The notes beneath the pieces were generated by a model that was not told the origin of the DNA, ran no database searches, and saw only the letters and a program-made list of their open reading frames with translations. Shown in pieces: positions 39,096-51,344 of a DNA stretch of 64,000 nucleotides. Position 1 is the first letter of the stretch. Every line of letters starts with the position of its first letter. The translations under genes were made by a program, and so were the position numbers. This DNA is from Octopus vulgaris (taxonomy: Eukaryota), in assembly GCA_951406725.2 (NCBI GenBank), contig OX597818.1:78182001-78246000 (forward strand), given 5' to 3'.

Positions 39096-40867
39096 CCATC
39101 TGTCATTGAAAAATTTCTATGTAGATGCTTGACCTAGAAATAGCAGCCAAATCTTTATCAAATCACACTCAATCTTTTGAAAATATGAATGACATTAATC
39201 ATAGCTTTTAGCTAAATATTTAGTCATCTTCAAAATGGTGGAATTTCAGATGGAACATGTTATAAGTTTGTAAGTAAGCAATTGAACACCATAAAACTAT
39301 ATAAAAAATATCAGCCATCAACAATAGGCAGTTCTCTCTTCAGCTAAGTCCAATATGTGATCCTAAAGGGTTTGTTTATTGCCCATATATAGTCATAAAT
39401 TCAATCTTTCAGAAAGCCATTGAAGTCTATCCCCGAGAGCAAGGTACACAACTCTGCTAAGTTCATTTTTTTTTCCTGTCTGACAACTAAGTCTACCCCA
39501 ACTTTATTTATTTGAATGAACATTCATTTTTAAGGAAAGCATCTTGATCATGATAGAATTAAAAGCAAAACAATATCCTAAAGGCAAATGCAAAATGCCC
39601 CTCTCCATGTATTTATACATACACATAGATACAGGCATGGCAGTGAGGTAAGAAATTTGCTTCCCAAACACGTCTGTGGGTTCAGTTGCACTGTTTATCA
39701 CCATGAGCAAGTATTTTCTACTATAGCTTGGGCTGACCAAAGCATTGAGTGAACTTGGTAGATAGAAACTGAAAGAAGCTTACAGTATATCATCATCGTT
39801 TAATATCCTCCTTTTATGCTGGCATGGGTTGGATGGTTTGGCAGGAGCTGGCCAGGCAGAGGCCTGCACCATACTTCTGTGCCTGTTTTGGCATGTTTTT
39901 TTTATGGCTGGATGACCTTTCTAGCACCAACCACTCTGCAGAGTGGGCTGAGTGCTTTTTATGTGGCACCAGCACAAGTGAGGTCAGTTTTGGCATGGTT
40001 TTTGCAGCTGGATGCCCTTCCAAATGCCAACCACTTTACAGTGTGGACTGGCTTGCTTTGATACTGCGTATCATTTCCAATCTTCTATGAAAATATATCT
40101 GGTTATGAGGAAATATTACCTTACTTGGAAACAGATAAAGGTTGGAAATAGGAAGAGCATCCTGCTGTGGAAAATTTGTCTCAACAAATTTCTCCTGATC
40201 ATGTAAGCATGAAAAAGTGAATATCAAAATGATGATGATGATAAACAAACCATATCTATCACTTGTAAGCAAGTATGACTATTAGCATGTTCCACGCTTT
40301 CACTAATTGCTTTAGGTATCTATTCAGTTGTGAGCAGATACAGTTACCCCTCACCACTCTAGGCTCTCCCACCCATGGCCCATTGGAATAATGAGATCTG
40401 TGATAGCTAAAGGGAGAGAGAAGGCTGCATTAGCAGTCAGGTGGAACTCATTTTCAGCTGAGTGTCATCATCTGACACAAAATCACCTTCACTAATGCCC
40501 CCTCCCCTCTCAGAATTCCTTATCTTGCAAGTTACTTGGCGAACCTGCCGGTGATGGTGCCACATAAAAAGCATCCAGTCCACAATGTGAAGTGGTTAGC
40601 ATTTGGAATGGCATCCAGCTGTAAAAACCATGCCAAAACAGACACAGTAGCCTGGTGTAGTTTTCTACCTGTCTGGCTTCTGTCAAACTGTCCAACCCAT
40701 GCCAGCATGGAAGACAGATGTTAAATGGTGATGGTGATGATGATGGTAAACAAGAGTAACATGACATGAAGTGCCTTGCTTAAGATTACAGTGTGCTGCT
40801 CAGTCGATGAATCAAGCCCATGATCTTATGATTGTGAGCTCAATACTCTAAAGGCTTTGTGCATTAA

Positions 40868-41075
40868 CCCTTTCGTTACTGTATTTATTTTGAGATGTTC
40901 TGTGTTTCTTTCAATTACTTTAAATATAACAAAGAATTTTGTAAAATAACTTAGTTATCATTCGGCTAGTGTTAGGAACATAAATTTGGTGGAAGATTTT
41001 AATTCCAAACTTATGAAAATGAGACATTCGTACTCAGAGCCAGAACTGGTTTCAGCCAGGTTGGTAACAAAAGGG
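40868..41075. mobile_element. piggyBac-like MITE with the same TIR as 29596-30678
   Basis: TTAA|CCCTTTCGTTAC ... GTAACAAAAGGG|TAAA. Ends 33 nt from the METTL13 exon 10 donor. Confidence 0.75.
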
Positions 41076-41108
41076 TAAATATATATGTAACTATGAAACG
41101 GTAGATAC

Positions 41109-41185
41109 CTTTTCAAAAACGTGATGGATATAACTGGCCAACACTCCGCCTCCAAGTCCAATCATCAATACCCGAAATCCAGAAT
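41109..41185 (-). CDS. METTL13: METTL13 exon 10
   Basis: Read in a different frame from the listed ORF: (Y)SGFRVLMIGLGGGVLASYIHHVFEK. GLGGG is motif I of the C-terminal methyltransferase. Confidence 0.93.
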
Positions 41186-41955
41186 CTGTTCAAGAAATAA
41201 ATTCAATGAAACTTAAGAGCTGTTTGGTTTTATTTGCATATTAATTTGAAACTAAATGTGTGTGTGTGGGCATGTATGTAAGTATGTACATATATATATA
41301 TATATATCTTTTACTTGCTTCAGTCATTAGACTGTGGCCATGCTGGAGTACTGCTCTGAAGAATTTTTAGCCAAATGAGTTGACCCCAGTGCTTATAATT
41401 TTTTAACCAGGTATGCTATCAACCTCTTTTGCCAAACTAATAAGTTACAGGGATGTAAACACACAAATACTGGTTGTCAAGCAGTGGAGGAATATAAACA
41501 AAGACACTCCCAACAGATATATTATATATATATAAATATATATGACAGGCTTCTTTCAGTTTCTATCATATATAAGTTATGAAGAAAACACATGTCTGTA
41601 CACGTTTTATAAACAGTGACTAAAATTTGTAAAATAAAATGATATTTCAAGAACACTTCAAAAGAAAAAAATAATTTAGACTGGGGCTCCAGTATGGCTG
41701 CAGTCAAATGACCGAAACAAGTAAAAGAGTAAAAGAATAAAAAGGGGTCTTCTTCAACTTTTGCCCTACAAAAAAATTATTCTTTCGTTGAAAAAAATTT
41801 CTCCTGTACTCCAACATATATTTCATCAAAGGGCTCAACCCCAACAAGCAATTTACTATTTCTTACTTTATTTATTAACTAATACTAGAATATAAGGATA
41901 AAATCACGTTAATGATTTTTACCAGGTAGTCACCATGCAATAAAAATTTATAATT

Positions 41956-42077
41956 ATATCAAGGGAGCAAGGGCAAAAAAAAAAAATGACCTGTCTCCAA
42001 TATGCTTGAATGCAGAGGCATTCAAGCATGTTGAAGATTGGTCCGTTTTTTTTTTTTTACCCTTGCTCCCTTAATAT
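41956..42077. repeat. Palindromic ~120-bp hairpin element in METTL13 intron 9
   Basis: AAGGGAGCAAGGG-A(n)...ATGCTTGAATGC-agag-GCATTCAAGCAT...T(n)-CCCTTGCTCCCTT. Confidence 0.88.
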
Positions 42078-42262
42078 ATATATATAATTCTGAATTTAAT
42101 GTATTTCTTACTTTATATAACAAGAACCCTAACAAGTGATGTCTGATTTTGCCTCTCCACACAACACACAAAACTTAATTTATAGTGGTCAAATGCACAA
42201 GGAATTTTAATACAATGCTAACATTTACTGCTTGAATTTACCAAATCAACAATTACACTTAC

Positions 42263-42391
42263 AAATCAATTCATTGAAGTCTGGCAGGAGAACAAACCCA
42301 GCCACAGTACTAATATGGTGTTTAGAAGCAAGATAATCTTTGTCAATAACAAAATGGTATTTTCCCTTCTTAACTTTCTTCTTTTTTGTAT
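42263..42391 (-). CDS. METTL13: METTL13 exon 9
   Basis: (D)TKKKKVKKGK...IDKDYLASKHH; basic linker plus D..YL...HH motif. Confidence 0.9.
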
Positions 42392-42446
42392 CTGAAATAG
42401 AAAGAATGATTATAAGTATACATGTGTGTGAGCATATACAAGTATA

Positions 42447-43325
42447 TGCAGGGGCTGGACAAATTAACAGAAACATCACTTTTTACTTAACTAGTTTTTC
42501 TACAGGCAATATGACAAATTCAAAACTGTTCTAGTCTCTATATCTGTTCATATGCATTACGTATATACCTTTTACTTCATGATATAGTCTGCTGTTTTTC
42601 TTTTATTCCAGATATTTTAGCTGCAAAGTTAAAATACACAAGCTGTCTGATTCCCACTGAGGACAAATTGTCATAGTGCAGATGGCTGGAGCTTAATGTT
42701 TCAAAAGGTACAGCCTCTAAATTCCTGTTGGCATATTCCAAAACCAAAATAAAACCAGCTCTGGCAAGTATCATTCTAGATGGAAGGCAAAGCACAGAGA
42801 GAGGGACCACAAACTAGTGAAATATACTGAGTCTAAAAACAATTAAATTATGGCAGCTAAAGTGAGGGTAGAGCTAAACCACCACCTTGCCAACTCTATC
42901 AAACAAAACCATTCACTGTAAACCCCATACAGTTGGATACCATGGAAGGGATGTAATTGCTAAACCTCCCTTGTCTCTCATTAATACTGATAAATAGAAA
43001 AAAGTAATCAGAAGTAATCAAAGTCTCAATCAACCATGTTATCTCTGATGTGTCACCATTCTCCCTTTTTCCCCACTTTGGGTGAGCAAATATCTGGAAA
43101 CAGTCCAAAGAAACCCTCAACCTCTACAGTGAAGCATGAAGGTGGCTCTATGATGATTTGAATAGTCGTATCATAGAATTCTCTTAGCTCTTTAGCTGTT
43201 CAACATGGTAGAGTTAACACCAAGGATTATCTGAGTATTTTGGCTGATTATGACCACTCTATGGTATAGACATTATTCTCTGATGTAATCGAATCTTTGG
43301 GATGATAATGCACTGGCTCACATAG
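42447..43325 (+). mobile_element. Decayed Tc1-like transposon
   Basis: CAGGGGCTGGACAAA TIR-like start. 43030-43325 translates, with stops and frameshifts, to ISD.S.F, TVKHEGGSMMI, GRVNTKDYLSIL and DDNA..H (DDE core). Confidence 0.7.
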
Positions 43326-44048
43326 TTTAGGAAACTTTGAAGTCACTGTCAATATAATTCTTGTTAAAGAATAATACACTTGTACAATATGAAAGTATGG
43401 AATAACCCTTTAGATTAATGTAAAATTGTTTTTATTATAACTGAACATAAAAGCAAGCATTTATGTGTGAGTGTGCATATTAGTCAATGAACACAAAAAA
43501 GAAGAGGGAAAAGCATGCATGCATTCGTCCGTCCAACCGTATATGTATATATATATATATATATATATAAGACAAGCTTCTTTCAGTTTACATCTTCCAG
43601 ATCCACCCACAAGGCTTTCATTGGTCTAGGTTTATAGTTGATGACACTTGCCCAAGGTTGCATGTAGTGGGACTGAACCAGAAACCATATGGTTAAGAAG
43701 CAAACCTCTTAACCACACAACCTGTGCAAAACATTATCCAACCCACTAATGATCCTGCCAATCTACTTCATTCACTGTGGTACTGCCAACGGTAACAATA
43801 GTGAATTATACCACAATCAATACACAGTTAGGGGTAAGAGAACTTGGTTGATGAAACCTTTGACATATGCACTACCAGTCATGAAATATAATTTAGTGAA
43901 TTTCTGCTGCTTCTCTGGGCCTTCTAGAAAATCATTACTATAAAACTATTGTTAATAAATGTCTTATGAAATAACCAATGTTCACTCTAAAATAACTATC
44001 AATAACCAAGAAGAACACTTTCTGCTTCATCAAAACTGCTGTACATAC

Positions 44049-44235
44049 CTGACTGTATAAGACGGCATTCTGACTGGATGAGATTCTGTTTACCAAGGAA
44101 AAACAGTCGTCTATAATGCTTTTCATCTTCTGCTAAGAAATTTTCAATTCTGAAAGTGCCATTCCATTCACTTCTTCCTTTATCGACCACTTCCACATCC
44201 TTGCTGATGCTATCATCAACAGACAGGTAAGGAAT
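44049..44235 (-). CDS. METTL13: METTL13 exon 8
   Basis: IPYLSV...YRRLFFLGKQNLIQSECRL; conserved RRL.F....N.IQSE motif. Confidence 0.93.
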
Positions 44236-45294
44236 CTAGAATGAAACATTGATTGATGCATATAAGCAACATCAATTATCATCATCAGCATCATTATTTT
44301 AACATCCACTTTTCCATGCTTGTAAAGGTCAAATGAAATTTGTTGAGGCAGACTTTCTATGGCCAGATGCCCTTCCAGTCACTAACACACACCTGTTTCC
44401 AAGTAAGATAATAATTTCCCATGACCTGGAAACATGCTGTCACAGAAGAAATGAAATGATAGTGATACTCATTTACAGCTATCCCATGTTGTCAAGACAA
44501 GAAAACACAAATATACACACAGTCATACACAACATTATCATTATCAGCATCTTTTAATGTCCGTTTTCTATGCTGGCAAACCAGAGAGCTGCACCAGGTT
44601 CCAGTTTGATTTGGCTTGGTTTCTACGGTTGGATGCTCTTCCTCACACCAACCACTTTACAATGTATGCTGGGTGCTTTCAAAATGGCACTGACTTGAAC
44701 ACTGTTATGTGGCGTCAGCATGAGTGCTTTTTACATGGTCCTGGCACAGGTATCTTGCAGGTCAACCCTCTTCACCAGAGGATGTGACCATAACACACAC
44801 ATGATGAATTTCTTTTTGCTTCTGTTAGCCAAATCCATTCACATGACTTTAATCAGCTGAGAAGACACTTGCACTATGTGTCACTCAGAAGGACTGAATC
44901 CATTTCAATGTTGTTTGAAAGTAAGCTTTACCATATAGCCATGTCAGTGTATGTATATACACACACACATACACATACACACATGTGTGTTTGTCCTTAT
45001 GCATTTTTGCATTGACACATCTGTGTCAGTGGTGAGGTTTGTTTATGCCCCATATTAACAAAATACTCTGCTCAGTTGTTTCATGTGTGAAGATGACTGG
45101 AATAAATAATCTTACTTGAAAATATGTAAGGGTTGGCAGCAGGAAGGGCATCCAATTGTAGAACACCACCACAAGAAATCTCATCCAACTTATGTAAAAA
45201 TAAAGACAATTGATGATGATAATGTCAAAGGTGGAACAGCTCTGATCCTAAGTCAGCTTGATCAGAACTGACCTGAGGCTAAACAAATACATAC

Positions 45295-45481
45295 CTTGGT
45301 GCCAAACATAAACTTTGGTGGAGTCAGCTGTAACATATAAGGGCTGAGTTCTTCTTGGATAGCTTCAATATCTCCATATTCATGTTCTCTCTGCAGTGTT
45401 ACAATTATCAAACGTTGAACATTAGCATCTTTCTGCAGTTGTCGACGTCCAGCATTCGTGGCAAACAACCATTCTGTTTCC
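45295..45481 (-). CDS. METTL13: METTL13 exon 7
   Basis: (R)ETEWLFATNAGRRQL...IQEELSP; conserved RETEWLF motif. Confidence 0.95.
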
Positions 45482-45876
45482 CTGGAGAGTTAAAAAAGAA
45501 TAGAGCAGAGTAAAGAGTAAGAGCTGAATATCAGAGTTAACACAAACAATTTACTGTAATATAGGTACATGGCCAAAAATCTGAGAAGGGGAGATGTTAG
45601 TTGATTACATCAATGAAAGTATTTGACAGGCCCTATATTTTAGCAGTCCTGCAAAGATGAAAAGTAAAACTGACCTCAATGGGATTTGAACTTAGAACAT
45701 AAAGAGCCAGAACAAATACTGTAAGGCGTTTTACCTGAAATTTGAATAATTCTGCTAATTCATTGCCGCAGAGTAAATATGCACTTTAAAGATGGGTTTA
45801 ATAATTTGGAAGATGATGATGATGGTGATAAACCTTACAAACGATAAAACTCATATGTTTAAAGTACATATATAAA

Positions 45877-45911
<35 letters not shown>

Positions 45912-45915
<4 letters not shown>

Positions 45916-46015
45916 GGGTGTATCAAAAGTTTTGAGCCTTCAAGACTTGTACTTTCATCAGAAGTCATGTACTATGTTTTGTTTTTGAGGCTCAAGACTT
46001 TTCATACACCCCTCA
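45912..46015. mobile_element. Mariner-like mini-MITE inserted in (TA)n
   Basis: TA|TGAGGGGTGTATCAAAAGTTTTGAGCCT ... AGGCTCAAGACTTTTCATACACCCCTCA|TA. TIRs about 28 bp. Confidence 0.8.
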
Positions 46016-46473
46016 TATAAATATATATATATATATATACTTACATATAAGAGATATCATTGTCTGTTTCTTTTATGTCTGTTTTTCATGCTAGCATGGA
46101 TGAGGTGAATACATTATTGAAGCACTGCTTTATAGCTAGATGTCCTTCCTGTTGCTAACCCTTACCTATTTTTCAAAGACAAGTTCTCTTGATACAGGAC
46201 TATAGAAGAAAACACTCAACCAAGGCAATCTGTCTGTCTGTGCATGTGTATGTATCGACAACTAGACTGATACCTGCACAACAGGCTTCTTTCAGCTCCT
46301 GTCCAACAAATCTATTCACAAGGCTTTGGTTGGCCTGAGGTTATAGCAGAAGTCACTTGCCCAAGGTGCTGTGCAATGAGACTGAACTTAATGATCACAA
46401 AAGCTTAGTTGTTTTGATTTTACTGGATTCAGATGAAACCAGGTCATCAGATAAAGAAAAGAGGTTTACTTAC

Positions 46474-46608
46474 CTTTTTAATGGGACAATAAACACAGCA
46501 TATTTTGTCTGATAAGATTTCAGAGAATCGAGAACATAGAGGATGTATCGAGAAGATTCTATATTCTCAGAATATAATTCTAGAACAACTTGTTCATCTG
46601 CTAAAGTA
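46474..46608 (-). CDS. METTL13: METTL13 exon 6
   Basis: Not in the ORF track. (Y)TLADEQVVLELYSENIESSRYILYVLDSLKSYQTKYAVFIVPLK(R). TTCCAG| acceptor, AG|GTAAGT donor. Confidence 0.9.
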
Positions 46609-46644
46609 CTGGAATAGAGGATAAAGAAAAAAAATGTCAGTTGG

Positions 46645-47095
46645 AGGTGTGTGTGTGAGAGAGTATGTGTGAGTTTATGTAAGTTTAAGTTCGTGTGTAT
46701 GTATATGTAAACATGAATATTTGTATGTACAAGTCAGTGACTGTGCGTGTGAATGAGTATGTAGATATGTATATATTTTGTATTTTGTGGTTGGATATAT
46801 GTTTATTGTGTCTGTACATGTGAGTGCATGTATGTTTTTGCATTTGTACATGTATATGGGTGTGTGTGAGCATGTGGCTATACATGTATGTGTGACTGTG
46901 TGTAAAAGTAAATGTGTGAGAATGTATACATTTGTGCCTATATGTAATATGTGCATGCATACAAGTACATCTGTGTTTATGTACATTTATGTATAAGCAT
47001 TTGTAAGTTTGTGAGTCTGTACATATATATATATATATATTTGTATATCTGTAGATGTGAGTAAATGTATGTACATTAGTGTGTCTGTACATGTA
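46645..47095. repeat. Degenerate (TG/TA)n low-complexity tract
   Basis: Alternating purine-pyrimidine sequence that generates spurious H/T/Y/I-rich ORFs. Confidence 0.8.
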
Positions 47096-47576
47096 AAAGC
47101 AGTGGCATTCTATAAGGGACAAATATAAAAAGTAATATATCTTTAAAATTGCTTCCCAACCACATAACTCTGGGTTCAGTTTCACAGCATGGCAACTCGG
47201 GCAAGTGTCTTCTACTACAGACCCAGGCCAATCAGAGTCATGTGAGTGAATTTGCAACACAGAAACTGAATGAAGAGTACATGACTTAATGGTTAAGATG
47301 TTGCACTCACGATTGTAAGATTGTGGTTTTGATACAAAGACTGGGTGCTGCATTGTGTTTTTGAGAAAAACATTTCATTTCACTTTGCTCTTTGATCATT
47401 TTGTCATATGGCATATTGTACATGTGTACAGGTAATGTTAGTTTGATGGAGCGAATGAGCTTATGTGGACACAAACGTTTGATCACTATTAACAAATCAT
47501 TAGTGCAATTGTTCAGCAAGAAATTGCAGGACCCTCATATTGTCGTCTAGCGATGGGAGAGTTCATAATGAAGATG

Positions 47577-47625
<49 letters not shown>

Positions 47626-47821
47626 AGAAGTAAATGGAGGTAACTTCTTCCTGTTATTTTTCCTCCATTTACTTCTTGCATATAATTTAAACTACTGTTT
47701 ACCCGTTGAATTACCTGCAACCGTATACCTTTATCAAGGACTGTACCTATGGAACTAATCACCAGGAGCGCCTTTGGATTTAACCATCCCTTAGAGGTTT
47801 TGAACACCTCTAACTTATATG

Positions 47822-47867
<46 letters not shown>

Positions 47868-48555
47868 CATGAAAATCTGACAAATAGTTTATGAAGATTT
47901 TTCTCAGTTTTAATAAATAAGGGTTGGTGATAGGAAGGGCATCAGGCAGTATAAAATATACTTCAATAAAACTCTGACCCATGCAAGTATGGAAAAGTGA
48001 GTGTTAAATGATGACGAAAATGACTTCTTCATGCTTCCAGAGACAAACAAAATTTGTTGAAGTAGATTTTCTATAGCTGGATGACCACCCTGTTGCCAAA
48101 ACTCACCTGTTTCTAAGCAAAGTAATACTTTCCCATGGCTAGCCATGTTTTTCATAAAAGAATGGAAACAATCGACTCTCCTTGTATGATGGTAATTCTC
48201 ATTTACAACTATCATGTGATGTCACAACAAGGAGGTATGCAGACACCCAAAACACACATAAATTTAATATACAAGGTGGACTGAAAGTCAAGCGCTCAAA
48301 CAGTTTTTCTATATATATATAAATTAATTTTAATCTTGGTGCATAAGTTTATGGGCCCTCTCTGTGTATAGATACATGACAGGCTTCTTTCAGTTTAGAT
48401 GTACCAAATCCATTCATAAGGATTTGGTTGGCCAGGGTCTATAACAGATGACAGCTACCCAAGGTGCTGAGCCTGATACTGTATGGTTGGGAAGCAAGCT
48501 TTTTAACCACACAGCACTGCTTTGGGAAAGAAAATAGGAACATAAAAGAACTTAC

Positions 48556-48674
48556 TATTTATTCAAGTGTTGCTTCATCATTGCAAACTTTTGCATCTCA
48601 TTAATTACAGCTATCACCTCTTCTGCAGTGTCGACACGCTGCACTGAGTCAACTTGGCGGACAATTTCAAAAAT
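48556..48674 (-). CDS. METTL13: METTL13 exon 5
   Basis: IFEIVRQVDS...MKQHLNK. Ends TA|GTAAG; the split codon is completed as TAT by exon 6. Confidence 0.85.
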
Positions 48675-49012
48675 CTGTAAAGAAACAGTTGGAGAAGCAA
48701 TGGGTAAAAGGTAGAAGAGAAATGATGTGTGTGACAAAATACAGAAAATGAGAGAAGAAATAAGGATAATTTCTCAGCTCTTCCAGAAGGATTTGAGCTC
48801 AAAAGCAAAAGCAAATATAACAATTATTAGCAGTATTTTGTCTGTCTTCATGCTCTTTGTTCAAACTCCACCAAGGGTCGATAAATCAAGTAACAGTGAA
48901 ACACGAGACCAATGTAATCAACTAGTCCCCTCCTCACAAATTTCAAGCCTTGTGCCTTTAGTTGAAAAGATTATTATTATTATTATTATTATTTATGCTC
49001 AAAGTTCAAATC

Positions 49013-49411
49013 TGTAAAGGGAACTGGTTGCTTCTTTACACTTTTGGAGTGCAACTTGGGTGCAACACAATTTCCTTTCTTTTCTATCGCCGTGTCTCAA
49101 GTCCCCGATGCTATTAAGGAATGCTATGGAATTTATTCTTCAGTCTCTAGCGTGTGTGCATGAGGGAACTTCCTTATGCCTTTCCAGAAGGTTCCAACCC
49201 CGCACACGCACACTGAAGAAAGACGTTCCGCACATGCACACTGAAATATGACGTTGCGTGTGCGCACACTGGAACATGACGTCACTACAAAGGTGACGTT
49301 CCGCACACGCACACTGAAGAATGACGTTGCGTGTGCGCACACTGGAATATGACGTCACTTGCACCCAAGTTGCACCCCAAAAGTGTAAAGAAGCAACCAG
49401 TTCCCTTTACA
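49013..49411. mobile_element. Non-autonomous TIR element, Ginger-like
   Basis: 53-bp TIRs (52/53 identical) with TGT...ACA termini and a 4-bp TSD AATC. Internal 28-bp tandem units. Confidence 0.75.
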
Positions 49412-49944
49412 AATCCTACCAAGATCAACTTTGCTTTTTATATTTTTGGTGTTGCTGGCACAAACTCCTCTCTTCAAAACTGCTGATCTTGTACCATGAG
49501 GAGAAAGCATCTTTATTAAAGCAGAGAACTGGTAAAATTATTAGCATGTAGGATAAAATGCTTAACAGTATTTCTTCTGGTTCTTTAATATTCTGAAATC
49601 TGCTGTGTTCAATTTTACCTGTCATCCTTTTAAGGGTCAAGTAACTGATTAACCTGTTTCTCTTAAAATTGCTGGCTTTGTACCAGAAATTGAAACAATT
49701 ATTATTATTATTATAAGGTGGTGAGCTAGCAGAATTGTTAGCTCGTCAAGTAACATGCTTAGCAGCAATTTGTCCATTTTCACATTCTGAGTTTAAATTC
49801 TGCTGAGGTCAACTTTGTATTTCACCCTTTTGGGTACCAGTTGAATATTGGAGTGAATGTAATTGACTTACCCAGCTACCCTGAAATTGCTGGCCTTGTG
49901 CAAAAATTTGAGGTCATTATTATTACTATTATTATTATTATTAC

Positions 49945-50068
49945 CTGTTTCAAGCCAGGAATTTTCTTGAATTTTGTTATCACAACAGCAAACACGGGCA
50001 TACAGAACGTATTTTTATGTAGTGGTTGATCTTCAATTTCAATACGATGGAATCGGATTGGGAATCCC
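49945..50068 (-). CDS. METTL13: METTL13 exon 4
   Basis: GFPIRFHRIE...MPVFAVVITKFKK. TGTAG| acceptor, CAG|GTAATA donor. Confidence 0.9.
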
Positions 50069-51135
50069 CTACAAAAAAAAATAAACAAAGGAAATTACTC
50101 AAGCTGCTGCTACCACAACCACCATGATTATAATTATCCTCATCATTATTATTTCACAGCTACTTTTCCATGTTTGCACAGCCAATTACCTCATTACTTG
50201 TTGCCTTCTGTCGTATCTTTCCTTAGATTCATCTCCTTAAAAGCAGTCTTCGTCATGTCTCTCTTGTTCCTCCTCTTGCAGTGCTTGGTGCCTCTTTACT
50301 CAGTTGTAAACCTCTATACACAATGATGTCAGTGCAATCATCTCTCTTCATTTCTCCATTCACACTACATTTGATTCCTCTTTATATTCAGCTTATGTCT
50401 GCTCTGTCAATCACACACACTAACATTACACATCCAGTGGAGGATACTTATCTATTTTCTGTCATGCCTTCACACATAATAGCAAAGACCTAATTTTGTG
50501 ACCAGACAACAACAAATGTCATACACAAACATTCAATCTGTTCTTTACTCAGAGAGAGATGATTCCTTTTGTTACAAGCAGAAGAAATCTCCTTTATAAT
50601 TCTCTATCAGAGTGAAAAAATATCCAGGGCATAGCTGTAGTAGACCACATTCAATTATTCTACTTTTACAGCAGTGGTCATTGTTGACAGGGATTACTGA
50701 ACAGGCTTGTATAGTAGTGGTAACTGCTGACTGGAATTATTGACAGTTATAAGCAGTGGTAATTATTGACTGATGAGGAGGAGTAGTACATTCAATGATG
50801 GTAACATCCTCATTTTATATGTATAAGTACAACAATGCCCTTATATAAGTATAAGCTATATGAAATATATACCAGTACTGATTTTAATAAATAATTCATG
50901 GGAGGTGGGACAGGGCTCATTGTCTTTGCAATTCCTTCTAAACTTGTGAGATTGATGTAGCCAGTGTCCAGCCTAAACATCTGCAGGAAAAATATTGATC
51001 AGGAACTTCCAAGAGAGTGAACTATACTAAAGGTCCCCAAGGTGTCTGGTGGTAGTGGTGGTAAGGTGGGGTGGTGTGTTAGCTTGATGAGTCATTATGA
51101 TTTGATTTAACATACACAAAAGCTGTAATACTTAC

Positions 51136-51344
51136 ATCTCTGAACTGAACTTCAATAATTTCCGAAGGATGTGTTCTTGCAACAGAGTTATTATCAGGTA
51201 GCGAGCACCAAGACGCATTGTACGAGAGATCTGTGAAAGTGCTTTATCAACATTTTCTATAACTTCTTCACTTTCGTTGACCAACAGAGCATCCAGTGTC
51301 CCTTTATCAATGACAACACTGAACTCTCCATCAGTAAAATTCAT
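51136..51344 (-). CDS. METTL13: METTL13 exon 3
   Basis: MNFTDGEFSVVIDKGTLDAL (eEF1A-KMT motif II) ... ITLLQEHIL. Ends AT|GTAAG. Confidence 0.95.

Noticed and set aside
46675-47353. 222-aa and overlapping ORFs
   Set aside because: Composed of SINE fragments and TG/TA low-complexity sequence.
48555-48557. Apparent premature TAG in METTL13
   Set aside because: The G is the first base of the GT donor; the spliced codon is TAT.
49199-49357. 28-bp repeats superficially like a CRISPR array
   Set aside because: Tandem units without unique spacers, inside a TIR element in eukaryotic DNA, with no cas genes.
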